A DNA stretch of 63,320 nucleotides, the filler included, from Platydemus manokwari (lineage: Eukaryota), in the NCBI GenBank assembly GCA_037951405.1. It is 6 parts of 6 records of this genome, joined end to end, with 100 filler letters (N's around TTAATTAATTAA, not from the genome) between each part and the next. Parts side by side here need not be neighbours in the genome. Positions count along the whole stretch, not along the records: positions 32,185 to 44,097 come from JBBMOY010394444.1; positions 44,198 to 54,103 come from JBBMOY011190544.1; 4 more parts are not named here. One strand, given 5' to 3'. The position numbers and the translations under genes were made by a program. The notes beneath the pieces were generated by a model, which was not told where the DNA came from, did not search any database, and saw only the letters and a list, made by a program, of their open reading frames with translations. Below are positions 37,540 through 50,260 of the stretch, one piece after another (positions within the stretch are counted from its first letter, which is position 1; the number at the start of each line of letters is the position of its first letter).

Positions 37540-40500
37540 TCACAGAAATATTTTCCTTTTCGATGATGATGGCATTCTACAAGTTGGACATCGATTACAC
37601 CGTCTAGCACATTCGTCACAGAGCACATGTCCACAATCCAAAACGCACTGAACAGGATTGTTCAAACAAATCTTACATTCCTATAAAACAAATCATTGAT
37701 TATCATTATAATTGGCTGATATTTCATTATTATTATATTCAATGATGTCATTTCAACACACTAACCGGTTAAAATTTCAAAGTGCAGAATAATGCTTACC
37801 ACATTTGAATATTATAATTGAATTTCAATCGAATCAGAAGACATCATTTTTACCTGAATTTCATGCTTTATTGGCGAAATAATCTCAAATTCAATGTCAA
37901 CATCTTGATAAAAATAACCATGGCAACATTTGTAAAGATATAATTACAATAATCGGTTTTCGTTTTATAATGGTGAAACAATTTTTCGATAAATCCACAA
38001 CGTTTTGCGCAAATTTCGGAGAGCTGGAGTTAGAAAGTGATTGTGACAACATATCGATCTCGGTTGGGCTTGTCAATATTCTGATTCTTAAGGTAATACT
38101 TAAGACCCTTTGAATCGATCGTTATCGACAGTGATCATTTGACATAATTGAATCAAGCCTTTAGTCCTATAATATCATTTGGCCGTTGCAGTCATGCTCT
38201 TACCACTCATCAAACAATTTTTCAATCGATATCAGAATTAAATATCGTATATCGCTAAACAAACCAATGGCTAAACAAAAGATCGATTATGTAATAGATT
38301 TCTCTGTGAAATACTATTAAGTTTATTAGGTAATTATCGATCAAAAAATAAAGTGTGCTATAGTCCGAAAAACATGAACCAGGGATCAACTTGAATAATT
38401 TTTGATATTCCAGTCAAATAGTATTTTCATAAAATCTCCAAAAAAACATGACATGAACACATAGTCACGTGCACATCAAATGATAACAAATATACTTGCA
38501 GATATCGATTATTCAGATAACATCGAATGAGACTGACGTAAGTGCTCATTATTATTAATAAAAGTAATCAATCAAATAAATATAACATGATTTACCATCA
38601 TCATAGAATTTTCCTGAGATCGACCAGCTTTATTTCGAGAATAAGAAATAATTCGATCTTTCACCGTTGTATTTTTACAATAATCAATAGCTGGTACATT
38701 CTTTGAGTTCTTTATCAAAGGATTACCATTGGCGGTTATCATAATTTTTGCGATTTTCTCTACAAATGCCGAATCATCCTAGAAAAATATATTTTTAAAT
38801 CTCATCTGTAAGAATAAATGTCTGTGGCGACACTCTTCATTGTGAAATAAAGGTGATTTTTTTGTTAATTTCGAATGTTCTCAGTTAAATATGGAATAAT
38901 TTTGTTATTAATGCCAAATTATTAGCAAATATATCTGCAGACTAGAGTACTATTAATATCTAATATTTTTGACTTGAAACAAAATCACTATCATGTGTCA
39001 ACAATCATGTGTCATTACAAAATGAAAGTAGTATTATTGATTTCACATTTCACATCGCTTCGATAAATACTCAACTGGCAAGGAATTCATTACCATCTGA
39101 TAAATTAAGCTCTTATTTTCAAAACTGAAAAATTTCACGAAACCCATGAGTGACTAAGTGTAGAGAAAACAAACTCTCCCATCGTATCGTTGAGAAATTC
39201 AACAATGCACCATATTTGATCATATTCACTGCTTTCTATCAAATTTTTGGTCCATTCAAAATTATGAAAGACGGTCACAATCTTTCCCCAAACGGCTGGA
39301 GCATCTGAGCAATATCATGAGACAACATGTTGTTCTGAGTTTCTACAACTGTTTCAGAGCATATGAAGAGAATGAGAACTTATCTAGAACATTCTAATTG
39401 AACTACTAACTCCAATTTCTACGAATTTATTTAAAATTTTATATATTAACGCCAGGGTAGTTGTGGGTCCATCATGCTGCAAATCCAGATTAAATTTCCG
39501 GCAAAAATAATTATCGAATTTGTTGATAAGTTTTCTGTTGTGATTGAAAAAATTGATTTTTAAAATATTCACCGCATCGCAACGGAGAAAAATATTTGGC
39601 AACACCCGTCATTTTTTGGCACCACTTTTCCAAGAATAACTTGATGTTTCTCCGTTGTTAATAAAATTTTTAGACATTGTAATTTATAAAATAAAATTTT
39701 CATAATAATTTGTCCAAATCAATATCGATTTTAGCATGTTGAGTAATTCCGATGTGACTCTATAAGTGTGTGTGTGTGTGAGAGGAATGATTTATTAATT
39801 TAAAAATTACGAAATCTCAACGCAATAGAGGTCCAACTTACATTATCTGTGAACGAATTAAACAGCAGACTAAAAATAGTTTCACCACTCGGATCTTGGG
39901 TATTGAAATCGGTGTATTCCAGGACAAATATATCCACCAGAGCTTTGTTTCGCTTAATTATAGCAATATGGAGTGGACTTTGACCGGCTTTATTTTTCAT
40001 ATTGATACTACTGTCTCTCCAATTCGAGTCCAATAATAAATCAATGAATTTGTCCTTTTCTTTATTTATAAGATTCGTCAATAGCGTTTCGCCATTCGGA
40101 AGCCAGGTATTTTTGGGAGCAATTGTCGTTAGAAAATGTTTAAATCTATCGAGCTCGTTAGTCTCGGCCAAAATATTAAGCAACGAAACCAAAGGTTCAC
40201 TCCATTTGTCATTGGAACAATAAACTAAAAGAAATTGAGCATCATCGATTGGAGCGAATTTTCCATAGAAATGTATGATTTCGCAAGTGATCAATCGTTC
40301 CGAAATGTTACGCGGGATGGTTCGGATTAATAGATTAGCTACTTGGAACCAGCGACGCTTAACAATCATTTTCAAATCAATATTATAAAAATCAACATCC
40401 ACTGCATTCTCCAAGCATAAAAAGAAAAACCTGGAAATCAATAAACGATTAAAATAGGAAAATAAATAACAAAAACCACTTTTCGTGATTCAGAGCCAAA

Positions 40501-43500
40501 ATGTCTTTGGTGATGTCACCGGCTTGTCCATTCATGATGACATTAGTACCGGAATTAATCAAGACAGTACCAATGGTTACGAGTTTCTTGAGGGACTATT
40601 TAAATAAATTCAATGATTTGAGAAAATGTTGATGATTTTATTCAAGAACAGTTTAAGTGGTCAATCGATTGGATTTCCGTATTGGAAATTCCTAGATCCA
40701 GTGAAAAAACAAATTCTAATTTCATCTATCAACTCGGAGAGATCTATATCACTTAATATTGAATTTCGATATTTAAAAAAAATATTCTTTTCGATATTGG
40801 ACCATTTTATCATTGATAACGAAACAATAACTTCACTTAAAATCGATTTAAATGTGGATTGAAACATATTTTTAAAGTTGGAATACAAAACCATTCTGTC
40901 AAAGTTTCCTACAGACCATAACAAATATTGAATCAAAATAAATCGGAACATCGTTTAAAGTGTGAAAACACTTAATAATTTAGTAATGATAAATCGATAA
41001 TAATTATAACCAACATTCAAGGACGTTATTGTTGCCAATGACAACAACTATAATTATGTTAGTCAACCAACACTTTCAATATATTGGCCAATCAATAGCC
41101 ATAATAAATAGCTATTTTAAATAAGAAGCATGTACCGAATGCAATAAATCTTCTTACATCCGACTTATTAATACGAGCGGATACTTTTGATAAAAATAAA
41201 TATCCAAATGTAATCTCGTTACAATAAGTGATAATTTCATTGAAAAGGTTGGCGAATCGAATCGAAATTTTCAAATTAATCTCGGTTGTAGTAAAAATAG
41301 TAAATATTTTGTATCGAATTTCACTTTCAACTTACGCAAGCATCATTTAGTCGTCATTTTAAAATCCTATTTAGAACATACAAAACTGTACTGAGTTACT
41401 TTTGCATTTTTACAAGCACCCTTGAATCAATCAATATCCGATATTGACGTTAGTGCGATTCAACATAAATCATTTCTCCTCGATAGATACCAGATTGACA
41501 AATGCATTCGACACATCAACATCAGATAATCGATAAAGATAGAACGGCTAAATTATAAATCGGTACTGGAAAATGAATTGTCTCCAATTAAATTACGATA
41601 TAAGACGGATAACTGTTCCAGATATGGACGAATCGAATATTTTACGCATTGGAATCTATGTTAATGAGCGGAAAAATGAGAGAATTTTATCAATCAACAC
41701 CAAGTTGTCACGTGCGTGGCGTGATAAAACACTTGACGACAGGAAGCTTTTTATTGAGATGAAACATTTTTGGATTCACGAGATAAACAGAAGCCGAGGA
41801 TTCGTTGTCAACGCAATTATAATCTTGAAGAGAAAAAGACAAACTCCATTGCAAAATATTATTCTGTATTTCGGCCAATAAAAACGGCTGGATTGATATG
41901 GAGACAGTTACAGAAATAATCAATAAATTTGAAAAATTCTAATTTATCTGGTATCTGTGAATTATTGAATGAAAAAATCGCAATCAGATCAACACCTATC
42001 GATTAAATAGAAAGACCAAAACCAAGAAAAAACGTCTTACATCTCAAGAAAATGCTCCGAGACATATTTGATAACAGAAAATAAACGAATTTTTTAAACA
42101 GGATTCAAGAAGGCGAACCAGATGTTGAATGTCAAATCTCAAATCATTTCCTCGGGTTATTTGTCTGTCTTCTGTCTTTGACAATAAAATGACAGACATT
42201 TCATTTTATCCAAAACCAGTGCTAGATAAATCAATACAGAAATCGGAATCGATCGATTTTCTTTCAGTAAAATTCGTCTTCATCGGCGACCAGACAGACG
42301 GTCGCCAAACAATTACAAATGGCAATCGATTTTCGCTCGCCCGATTCACCAATTCAAATCAATGATGAAAGCAGTATGATAAGAGAAAACCGTTCAAATG
42401 TTACGCACATGTTCCGATGGTTTGTACGCGCGAATCATTTCCTGGAGTGGATTGAGACCGAAATGGTTCATGAAATTCACATCAGATCCTCGACCAAGAA
42501 GCGTTTTACACAGTTCCAAATGTTCCAAAGTTGCTGCCAGATGAAGAAGTGAATTGCCACGGCCGTCCTCTACTCGAATATTGAAGGGATCTAATTTGTC
42601 CAGGAATCGAGCATCGATGTCGCCATTGAATTTGATATCGAAAGTGATGCTGTTCTCAATGCTGGACAATGGCAAAACGGGATTCCTCGTTGAGAGTCCT
42701 GCAACTAAAGATCGAATATGAAGTGGTGTGTTAGTAACAGTGCACACGAACTCGTTGTCACCATGGAAACGTCGTCGGGTTTCTAAATATGATTAATGAT
42801 TAGGAAATGCGATACCAGCTCAATCTCACTTGGACTTGTGCGAAAATATCTGCTCCAGCTTCGATCAGAGCGCTGAGAAGCGGCTGCCAATTGTGAATGA
42901 CAGCCAATTGGAGAAAAGTCAATCCAGTCTAAAGAATGGAAATCGATTGATTTTTTCCGTCACTGATACCGTTTCATACCTGATTTGGATGATCGATTCG
43001 ATGAGTCAGGGAAAGCAGGCGTGGCATGACGGATAAAATCCCGTTTTCGATAGCCATTTCGAGAGCGGTTTGTTGGTGCTACATTTGGTGATATGGTAGA
43101 ATTAAATAAAATCTGTCAAGCTCCGTTACCTTGTTGACAATGTCGACATCAATATCGAACTCCAACAGAGCCTCAACACATTTAATGCGGTCCAGAAGAA
43201 TTGCCAGATGCAGAGCAGTTCCAATTGGCTACGAAAAAATCGATAACAATCATCGAAATGGAATAACAAAGCCATACAACTCCTGAATAATTGGGATCCA
43301 CTAGGCCATGTTTGATAATGTATCGCACAAGGTCCGGTTCGTCATCCAAAACAGCGACATGTAATCGATTATAACCAGCCTAATTTCAGTTTAAAAATAT
43401 CCAATAAAATCCAAACCACTCACATTGAATTCACTTTTGAGGAACAGCAATCTTTGATTAATAATTTGTCGAATATTTTCTTCCGATTCTGAAAATTGTT

Positions 43501-43930
43501 CCTCCTGAAAAAATTGTCTGTACAGATGAAAAGATTTGAAAATATCACTTTAAATCGACATTTTCTTTGGGAATGCGATATTTATGAAAATAAAGGTTTC
43601 AGCTTCAAATGCATACAATAATTGGATTATTCATTAAAAATACTTAAATCGTTAATAATTTTTATAGTTGACATTAACATCCGAATATTAAATCTTATAT
43701 ATAAATATTATAAAATTGTAAAAATAATTACATTCAAGTCCAACACTTTTTTAATGATAGAGTCGAACTCCTTTGGATTGTTTTTATCGGCAGTTGTCAC
43801 TAAAAGCGACTTTCCAGATGACTGAAATAGTTAAAAGAATAATATTATCATAGTATCATTAAATTAACCGAATAATTTGAATTAATCTCATCAATTGAAG
43901 TCTTTTCAGTGAAATATGGTAGAGAATTCA
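37540..43930 (-). CDS. Large multi-exon ankyrin-repeat locus with a C-terminal RING-HC finger (putative E3 ligase); boundaries and single-gene status uncertain
   Basis: Ankyrin repeats: GYNRLHVAV, GTALHLAI, ALEMAIENG, GLTFLQLAV..GAD, GNSLLHLAA..GSDVN, GETLLT, GQSPLHIAI. Terminal exon ECKICLNNPVQCVLDCGHVLCDECARRCNRCPTCRMPSSSKRKIFL* with stop at 37540-37542. Many short GT-AG introns. Confidence 0.72.
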
Positions 43931-44097
43931 TGATATGCAGTTATTATTATAATAAATCTATAAATTTAACTTCCGATAATTAATTTTCAAAATGACAACA
44001 ATTACTTAATGAAAATTGCATAATATTGATTAAAGTACTAAAATTGAATCATTAAAATTAATCATATAAAATATGCTTTGTAGGATGTACATTGCTC

Positions 44098-44197
44098 NNN
44101 NNNNNNNNNNNNNNNNNNNNNNNNNNNNNNNNNNNNNNNNNTTAATTAATTAANNNNNNNNNNNNNNNNNNNNNNNNNNNNNNNNNNNNNNNNNNNN
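44098..44197. other. Assembly gap spacer
   Basis: N44-TTAATTAATTAA-N44. Confidence 0.98.
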
Positions 44198-45998
44198 TTC
44201 AGCGTTATAACAATTTGTGTTAATAAAATACCTGCATAAAAACATGAATAACTTTTGACTCAACCTGGTAGAAGCAGACAACTTTCTATTTAATTTGTGT
44301 CTTTTATTATACGAATGTGCATGGAAATTACTTCGATGTTGAAAAACCAATTAAAACTTATTCTAAGAATCAACAATAACCATTTGTATTCTATTAAATT
44401 CACAAATTTTTGTTTCTTATTTTGTTGTGTGAAATGAATTAATTTCAATAAGGGTTTTGTTGCATAATTCTTCTTCTCCTTTGATATTAGTGTTAAGGTT
44501 TTATTCGGTCATCTATTCATAATATTCTATCCAAAAGTGTAAAATTATTAATAAATGTATACTCACTGTGAGGATCTGTAAAAATTGAAATTTGAAAAAT
44601 TTTATAAATGAAATTCTTTTAAATATTTATTTATTTTAATATTTGTGATTAAAATATAATCTGGAGTGGTGATTTTTCAGTTTGCTTTCAATGTGTGCTT
44701 TATAAAATTGTATTGCTTCCATGTCGATCAAGCATTTGGGTTAGAAACTGAAAATGACAATAGCATGGAAGTATAAGGAATCATCCAATATCACCATATT
44801 TGTTACAAGCGGTAATAATGTATTTTTTGCTTTACAATTAAATCAAGTCATTCTAGTTTTCAAACAAAATATTTAATCGATATTTTGGCTATAAACTCAT
44901 CATCATTGTGCGTACAGTTGAGAAATACTGCTCACAAAATGAAGCATAATTTTACATATACCTGTATCATAAATAATTATCCATGTAGTAAAGAGTTGAC
45001 AATTATCTAAACAACTACTTTGATCTTATTCGTCGTAGTTAAGATCAATTCATTGCAAATAACTAAAATATAAAAACAAACAATTTTTTTTAAAAAACAA
45101 ATACACTGTCTAGTAATTATAATTTGATTTATTTAATTGAATAACGTTTTGCAATCTCTTTTCAAATTTAAAACCTAAAGTCGTCGATTTTAAAATTCAT
45201 TAACTCATTAATTACCTTTATCTTAGAGTGAACTATCGCATTAGTTATGAAATATATTTTATTTATAAATATATAATATCTATGCATTATCAATTCTTAT
45301 AGAATGAAAAAAAGGCAATTTATTAATAGGCAACTCTAATAAATATTGTAAGCAAGTAAACCTGTGGATTTTAAAGAGCTCTAAAGTAGTTATAATATTT
45401 GCATTCGTAATTTATTATTATTTGTGACGCCAAACCATGCATGACTACCACTGCAGTTTGAAAAATAAAACCAATCTGTTGTCGATTTCAATTATTTCAT
45501 CAATTATCTTTTCTTTATCAATGATTAAGACTGAAAATTTAATTTATTTTAAATATGCTGAGCTGACTCGGAAATTGTTGTGTTTTTACTTAATAACTCT
45601 GATCATAACCAATAAAATTAAAATTACTAATTTCCATAAGTTCATAAAAATTCTTATATTTCTTGATTTCGATTGTTTCAGAGAAAATTTTCTTGTTTTT
45701 TATTTAATTTTAGCTTCAAATGAACATTTTTCAATTTTTCTCTGGTCGATGTAATTGTATTGGAACCTAAACTTATTTTTATAAATTTGAATAATAGCTA
45801 GTATTAAAAAAATATCACAATCACAAATATCAGATTTAGCAAAAATAATCATGAATATTACCAGCATTAAATCCACTGCAGCTCTTTAAATTCAAACATA
45901 ACATTTACTCATTTTATTTTGTTTAAAAAATATTTTAACGTATTTTTATTTAAATATTCATTATTAAGATTTATTTTGCTCTTATATTTATAAAAATT

Positions 45999-46701
45999 AT
46001 GTTACCCTCTTTCTTTTACAAAATTTCTCTTAAGTTGATAAATAAAAGATTTATCAGTATCAATTTATTTTCGAAATCAATGAGGTACAGCGAGAAGCGT
46101 ATCATTGGGTAACTACTGATAAAAACTATTCATTGTGTAAGTTTGACAATTTAGCTATTCAATGACACAAATGTACGATGTCGTTTCAAATGTTGAAGAA
46201 TATTACCAATTTGTACCATATTGCAATAAATCATTAATATTAAATAGGCATGATAAAACATTTCAAGCTAATTTAGCTGTTAAATTTCCACCTTTGAACG
46301 TTTCATATATTTCAAATGTAACTGTTAATAAACCATATTCTGTCGAAGTATTTGTTATTGTGGTGCGACTAGCTTAATATTATTTTAAAAGTCAGTAGCA
46401 TATAATTCAAAGGTATTCAAAGAATTAATTACAATTTGGCGGTTTCGTCCTGGCATTGCTGAAATACCAAACTCCTGCATTTTAGAGTTCAATGTAAACC
46501 TTTAATGTTCTATATTTACTTTTGAACTCTTTTTAGGTCAACTTTGAATTTAATTCGTTATTATATTCACAAGTGGCAAAATTATTTTTTGATCATATCG
46601 TTGATACAATGGTAATAGCTTTTCTTAATCGAGCTGAATCAAAATATGGACCTAGCAGTATACCTAACCAATCTCCCAAAGTCTTATTTTATTCAAGATA
46701 G
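45999..46701 (+). CDS. COQ10: Coenzyme Q-binding protein COQ10 homolog (START domain), 4 exons
   Basis: Spliced translation: basic/Ser-rich leader, YSEKRIIG|YSMTQMYDVVSNVEEYYQFVPYC..FPPLNVSYISNV..|..FKELITIWRFRPG..CILEF|VNFEFNSLLYSQVAKLFFDHIV..AFLNRA..YGP. These are characteristic COQ10 motifs. Confidence 0.93.
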
Positions 46702-47484
46702 ATTTATCAATGATATTATTTGTCTTTCATTGTGATACATTGTCAATTGAATAATAAACTTACGACTCAGATATTTTTTATCTTAAGATTAATATTTATG
46801 TTTTAAACAGTTTATTTGTTTCAATTGTGAAACCATTTATGGTTGATTTTAACTCTAACAATTATAATTTAATAATTCATTGAACAGTAGATGACATTTG
46901 AACGTTAAATCGAAAATATTAAGTATATCAATCATTCGATCCAATTACAAAGATTAATTGGCTTACTAAATTTGACTAATAATCAAAATATTTTCGTGTA
47001 ATGCTACTTTTAAACCAGAGTATATTAGACATTTTTCTGTAAGTGGATGAGATATTTTAATCGAATTCTACTGCATTTGTTTAGATACTCGTCTAAATTC
47101 ATCCGAACCTGAATTTAAATTTACAGTTCAATTATAATTTTTTATAATGAAATTCAGTTGAATAATATTTAACCATCAAGGGATTACATTTATACAGTTG
47201 GCATTATAGGAATATCTGATCTTCGTGTAACAATCTTTGTTTTTCCGTGTTTCAGAAAATTTTAGTATGAGATGTAAATTCATTTTGCTATTAAATCTTT
47301 CAATATTTATTATTTGCTATTTATTAATTTAATAAATTGTCAATTAGTAAATTTTAAATGAACATCAATAATACCTGTACACACAAAACAAATTTTATTA
47401 ATTTTTCAATGTTCAATTAATACATAACTGAATTGTTTAAATATTAAATAAAGTTAAAATTTGAAATTATATTTTTATCAATTG

Positions 47485-48798
47485 ATGTCAGAGGACTTAT
47501 TTATACCACAGGGTAGCTATAACCCTATCAATAAAAGAATTGTATATATTGGTAAAATTTACAAAATCACAAACGCTTAATAATGACTGATTCGGTAAAT
47601 AGGTGGTATTGCTGACGAAGTTACTGAAACTATTCTTCAACATAATTTTATAAAATTTGGAGACATTACGAACATTTCACTTCCGATTGATTACTCAACA
47701 CGTGAGTTTATTCTTATTCATAAGAACAACTAAAGTTTGGTTGCAGAAAAACATCGTGGTTTTGGTTTCATTGAATATGAATTAGCTGAAGATGCAGCAG
47801 CTGCTATTGATAATATGGTAAATTAACTAAAAATTTATAGTTTATTATTTCTGATAGAATGATGGCGAACTTTGTGGTAAAACTATTCGAGTAAATATAG
47901 CTAGGCCAATGAGAATTAAAGAGGGATGGAGCAAGCCAGGTTAGAGAATAGTATACCAGTGACGTTTTTAAAAAAATTATTCAGTTTGGTCCGATGAAAA
48001 CTGGCTGAAAACATTCAGTGGGAAAGCTTCAGAAGAAATCGATAAGAAAAGATCTGAAATGGAAGAAACAGAGGTTTGAAAGTTTACTGATAAAGTCAAC
48101 AAATTCAGATAAGTTTATGATTATTTAATATTTTAGACAGAAATGGAAAAGTCAAGTGGTTCCGGTTCTACTGAGCTTCCACAAGTTTATTTCGATATTT
48201 CAATTCGAAATCAATCCGTTGGAAGAATTGTTATTCAACTTCGAAAGGATGTAGTGCCAAGAACTTGTGAAAATTTCATCAGTCTTTGCACCCATTCGAA
48301 AGGATTTGGTTTCAAAGGATCGAAATTCCACAGAATTATTCCAGATTTCGTGAGTGAAAAGTTCATCTAATGTTTGATAATTAATTTTCCTAACACTGTG
48401 ATTTGGTTTTTAATTGAAGTTTTTAAACTAATAAATCTAATGATTCCTTTAAAAATATTGACAAATCATTTGTTTTCAAGATGTGTCAAGGTGGTGACTT
48501 TACGTTAGGCGATGGAACTGGTGGCAAATCGATTTATGGCATGAAATTTGATGATGAAAATTTTATATTGCGACATGATGCTGCTGGTGTTCTGTCAATG
48601 GCTAATAGTGGACCCAACACAAATGGATCACAATTTTTCATTTCTCTTAATAAAACACCATGGCTTGATGGGAAGCATGTTGTGTTTGGTCATGTGGTAG
48701 AAGGATTGAATGTTTGCAAAAAGATCGAAGCAGTCGGATCGAAAAGCGGTACACCGACAGATCCGGTTGTGATTACCGATTGTGGGCAACTCAAATAA
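47485..48798 (+). CDS. PPIE: Peptidyl-prolyl isomerase E (Cyp33): N-terminal RRM plus cyclophilin domain
   Basis: RRM: KRIVYIGG, PIDYST|[24 protein letters not shown]|[15 protein letters not shown]; linker [11 protein letters not shown]; cyclophilin [16 protein letters not shown]|[34 protein letters not shown]. Confidence 0.96.
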
Positions 48799-50012
48799 AT
48801 ATTGGTGTTCGATTTTTCATTTTATTTTGATTTAAGCTTGGAAGTTTCCATTTGATTTCAGTTCTTTAATGCCCTGTTTGAGTGTTTCGTTCATCGTTAA
48901 TGCCTATGTTATATTAAAGGAATATTGGTGGGATTCATTTATAAACTGTTTCTCGATTTCATTTTTGAATGTGATTAAGGTACAGGATTGATTGATTGAT
49001 GACAACTCGACATTAGTGACCTGTGATATATTGATGTGCTGTCTTGGAATCAATCTTTTCTCTGGGTTTCTCTCAATCGTATCGAAATGTGCCCTTGATT
49101 ATGAAAGTGGTATAAGTCATATATTTGCATGTTAAAGAATTAAAAAATATTTGTGTATTATGGACTGAAATATTTTGACAATTAATTAGCGCCGATATAT
49201 CAGCATTTAATATGATTGTAAAATTTATTACCATTTTTAAATTGAAATTTGGTTTTGAAAGGTTGAAATGACTTGTACCACTTTCATAATCAAGGGCTCA
49301 AATCAACTTGTCTATGACTATGCCTGTAGGTTATCTTGATGTTGGATTCAATGGATTCTGAAACAATTTCAAATATTTGACTCGTGTTGGAGTTAAATGT
49401 TTTCAACATTATCATGTTACCGGTCAGTCAAGTCTATAAGATTTCTAAATTTCGAAAAAAAATATTCAAAACATGTATCAAATAATAAATAGTTAAGTAA
49501 ATAATGCAAATAAAATATATATTCAATAAGCCGAATAAAAACAGGTGATTTGAAAATAATAAAAGGTGATATGATGGGTTATTAGTCATACAGAACCTCC
49601 GATATTGTCCAGGAAATCCTCGTTGAGAATTATTTACACTTCTGAAGGTTGTTCCACAGTCTCCGTAGGAATTATTTAATTTAATTTCGTATCAAGACCA
49701 CTGAAAGCCACGACATATAAATTTGAATATTTTTAAATTAGTATTTTTCATTATTTCATCATAAGTAATGTATTATTATTGTTATTTATTTTTCTTGGGA
49801 TAATTATCTTACTCAGATTTGCATTATAAATAGTTTAAATGGGTATAAATGTTAATATGAAGCCACTGTTAAATGATAAATATGTGTAATGCATCAGGTT
49901 AAACCTGTAGTTCATCGTGTTCTGAAATTCCCACGAGCAATAATATTAGCAACAGCTCTAAGTGGCTTTGACTCAAATCGAAAAACGTTTCTAGAAACAT
50001 GATTTTAAAAAG

Positions 50013-50260
50013 GTGTTGAGTAGAGGTGAATATCACGCAAAAAATACGATTTCATTACCTCGGAACTCTTGTTTTCATGTTTTACATACACATGCCTTTA
50101 CGACTATACAGACATAGCGGCGGACCAATCAAAGATGATACAAGTTGAAGATTCCAATTCGTTAAAGTTCATATTCACCAAATAATTCGCACGTGGGATT
50201 GACCAATCTAGATTATAGAAAATCAATAAGCCCAAATTTAAAAATGACATACAAAAATAT
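50013..50260 (+). repeat. Dispersed solo-LTR-like repeat, partial copy 4
   Basis: Starts tgttgagtagagg; its reverse complement aligns with 2150-2272 (gattgg..gctatg..ggcatg..gagttcc.aggt). Confidence 0.65.

Noticed and set aside
41573-43036. Plus-strand ORFs over the ankyrin locus
   Set aside because: Antisense shadows of minus-strand exons.
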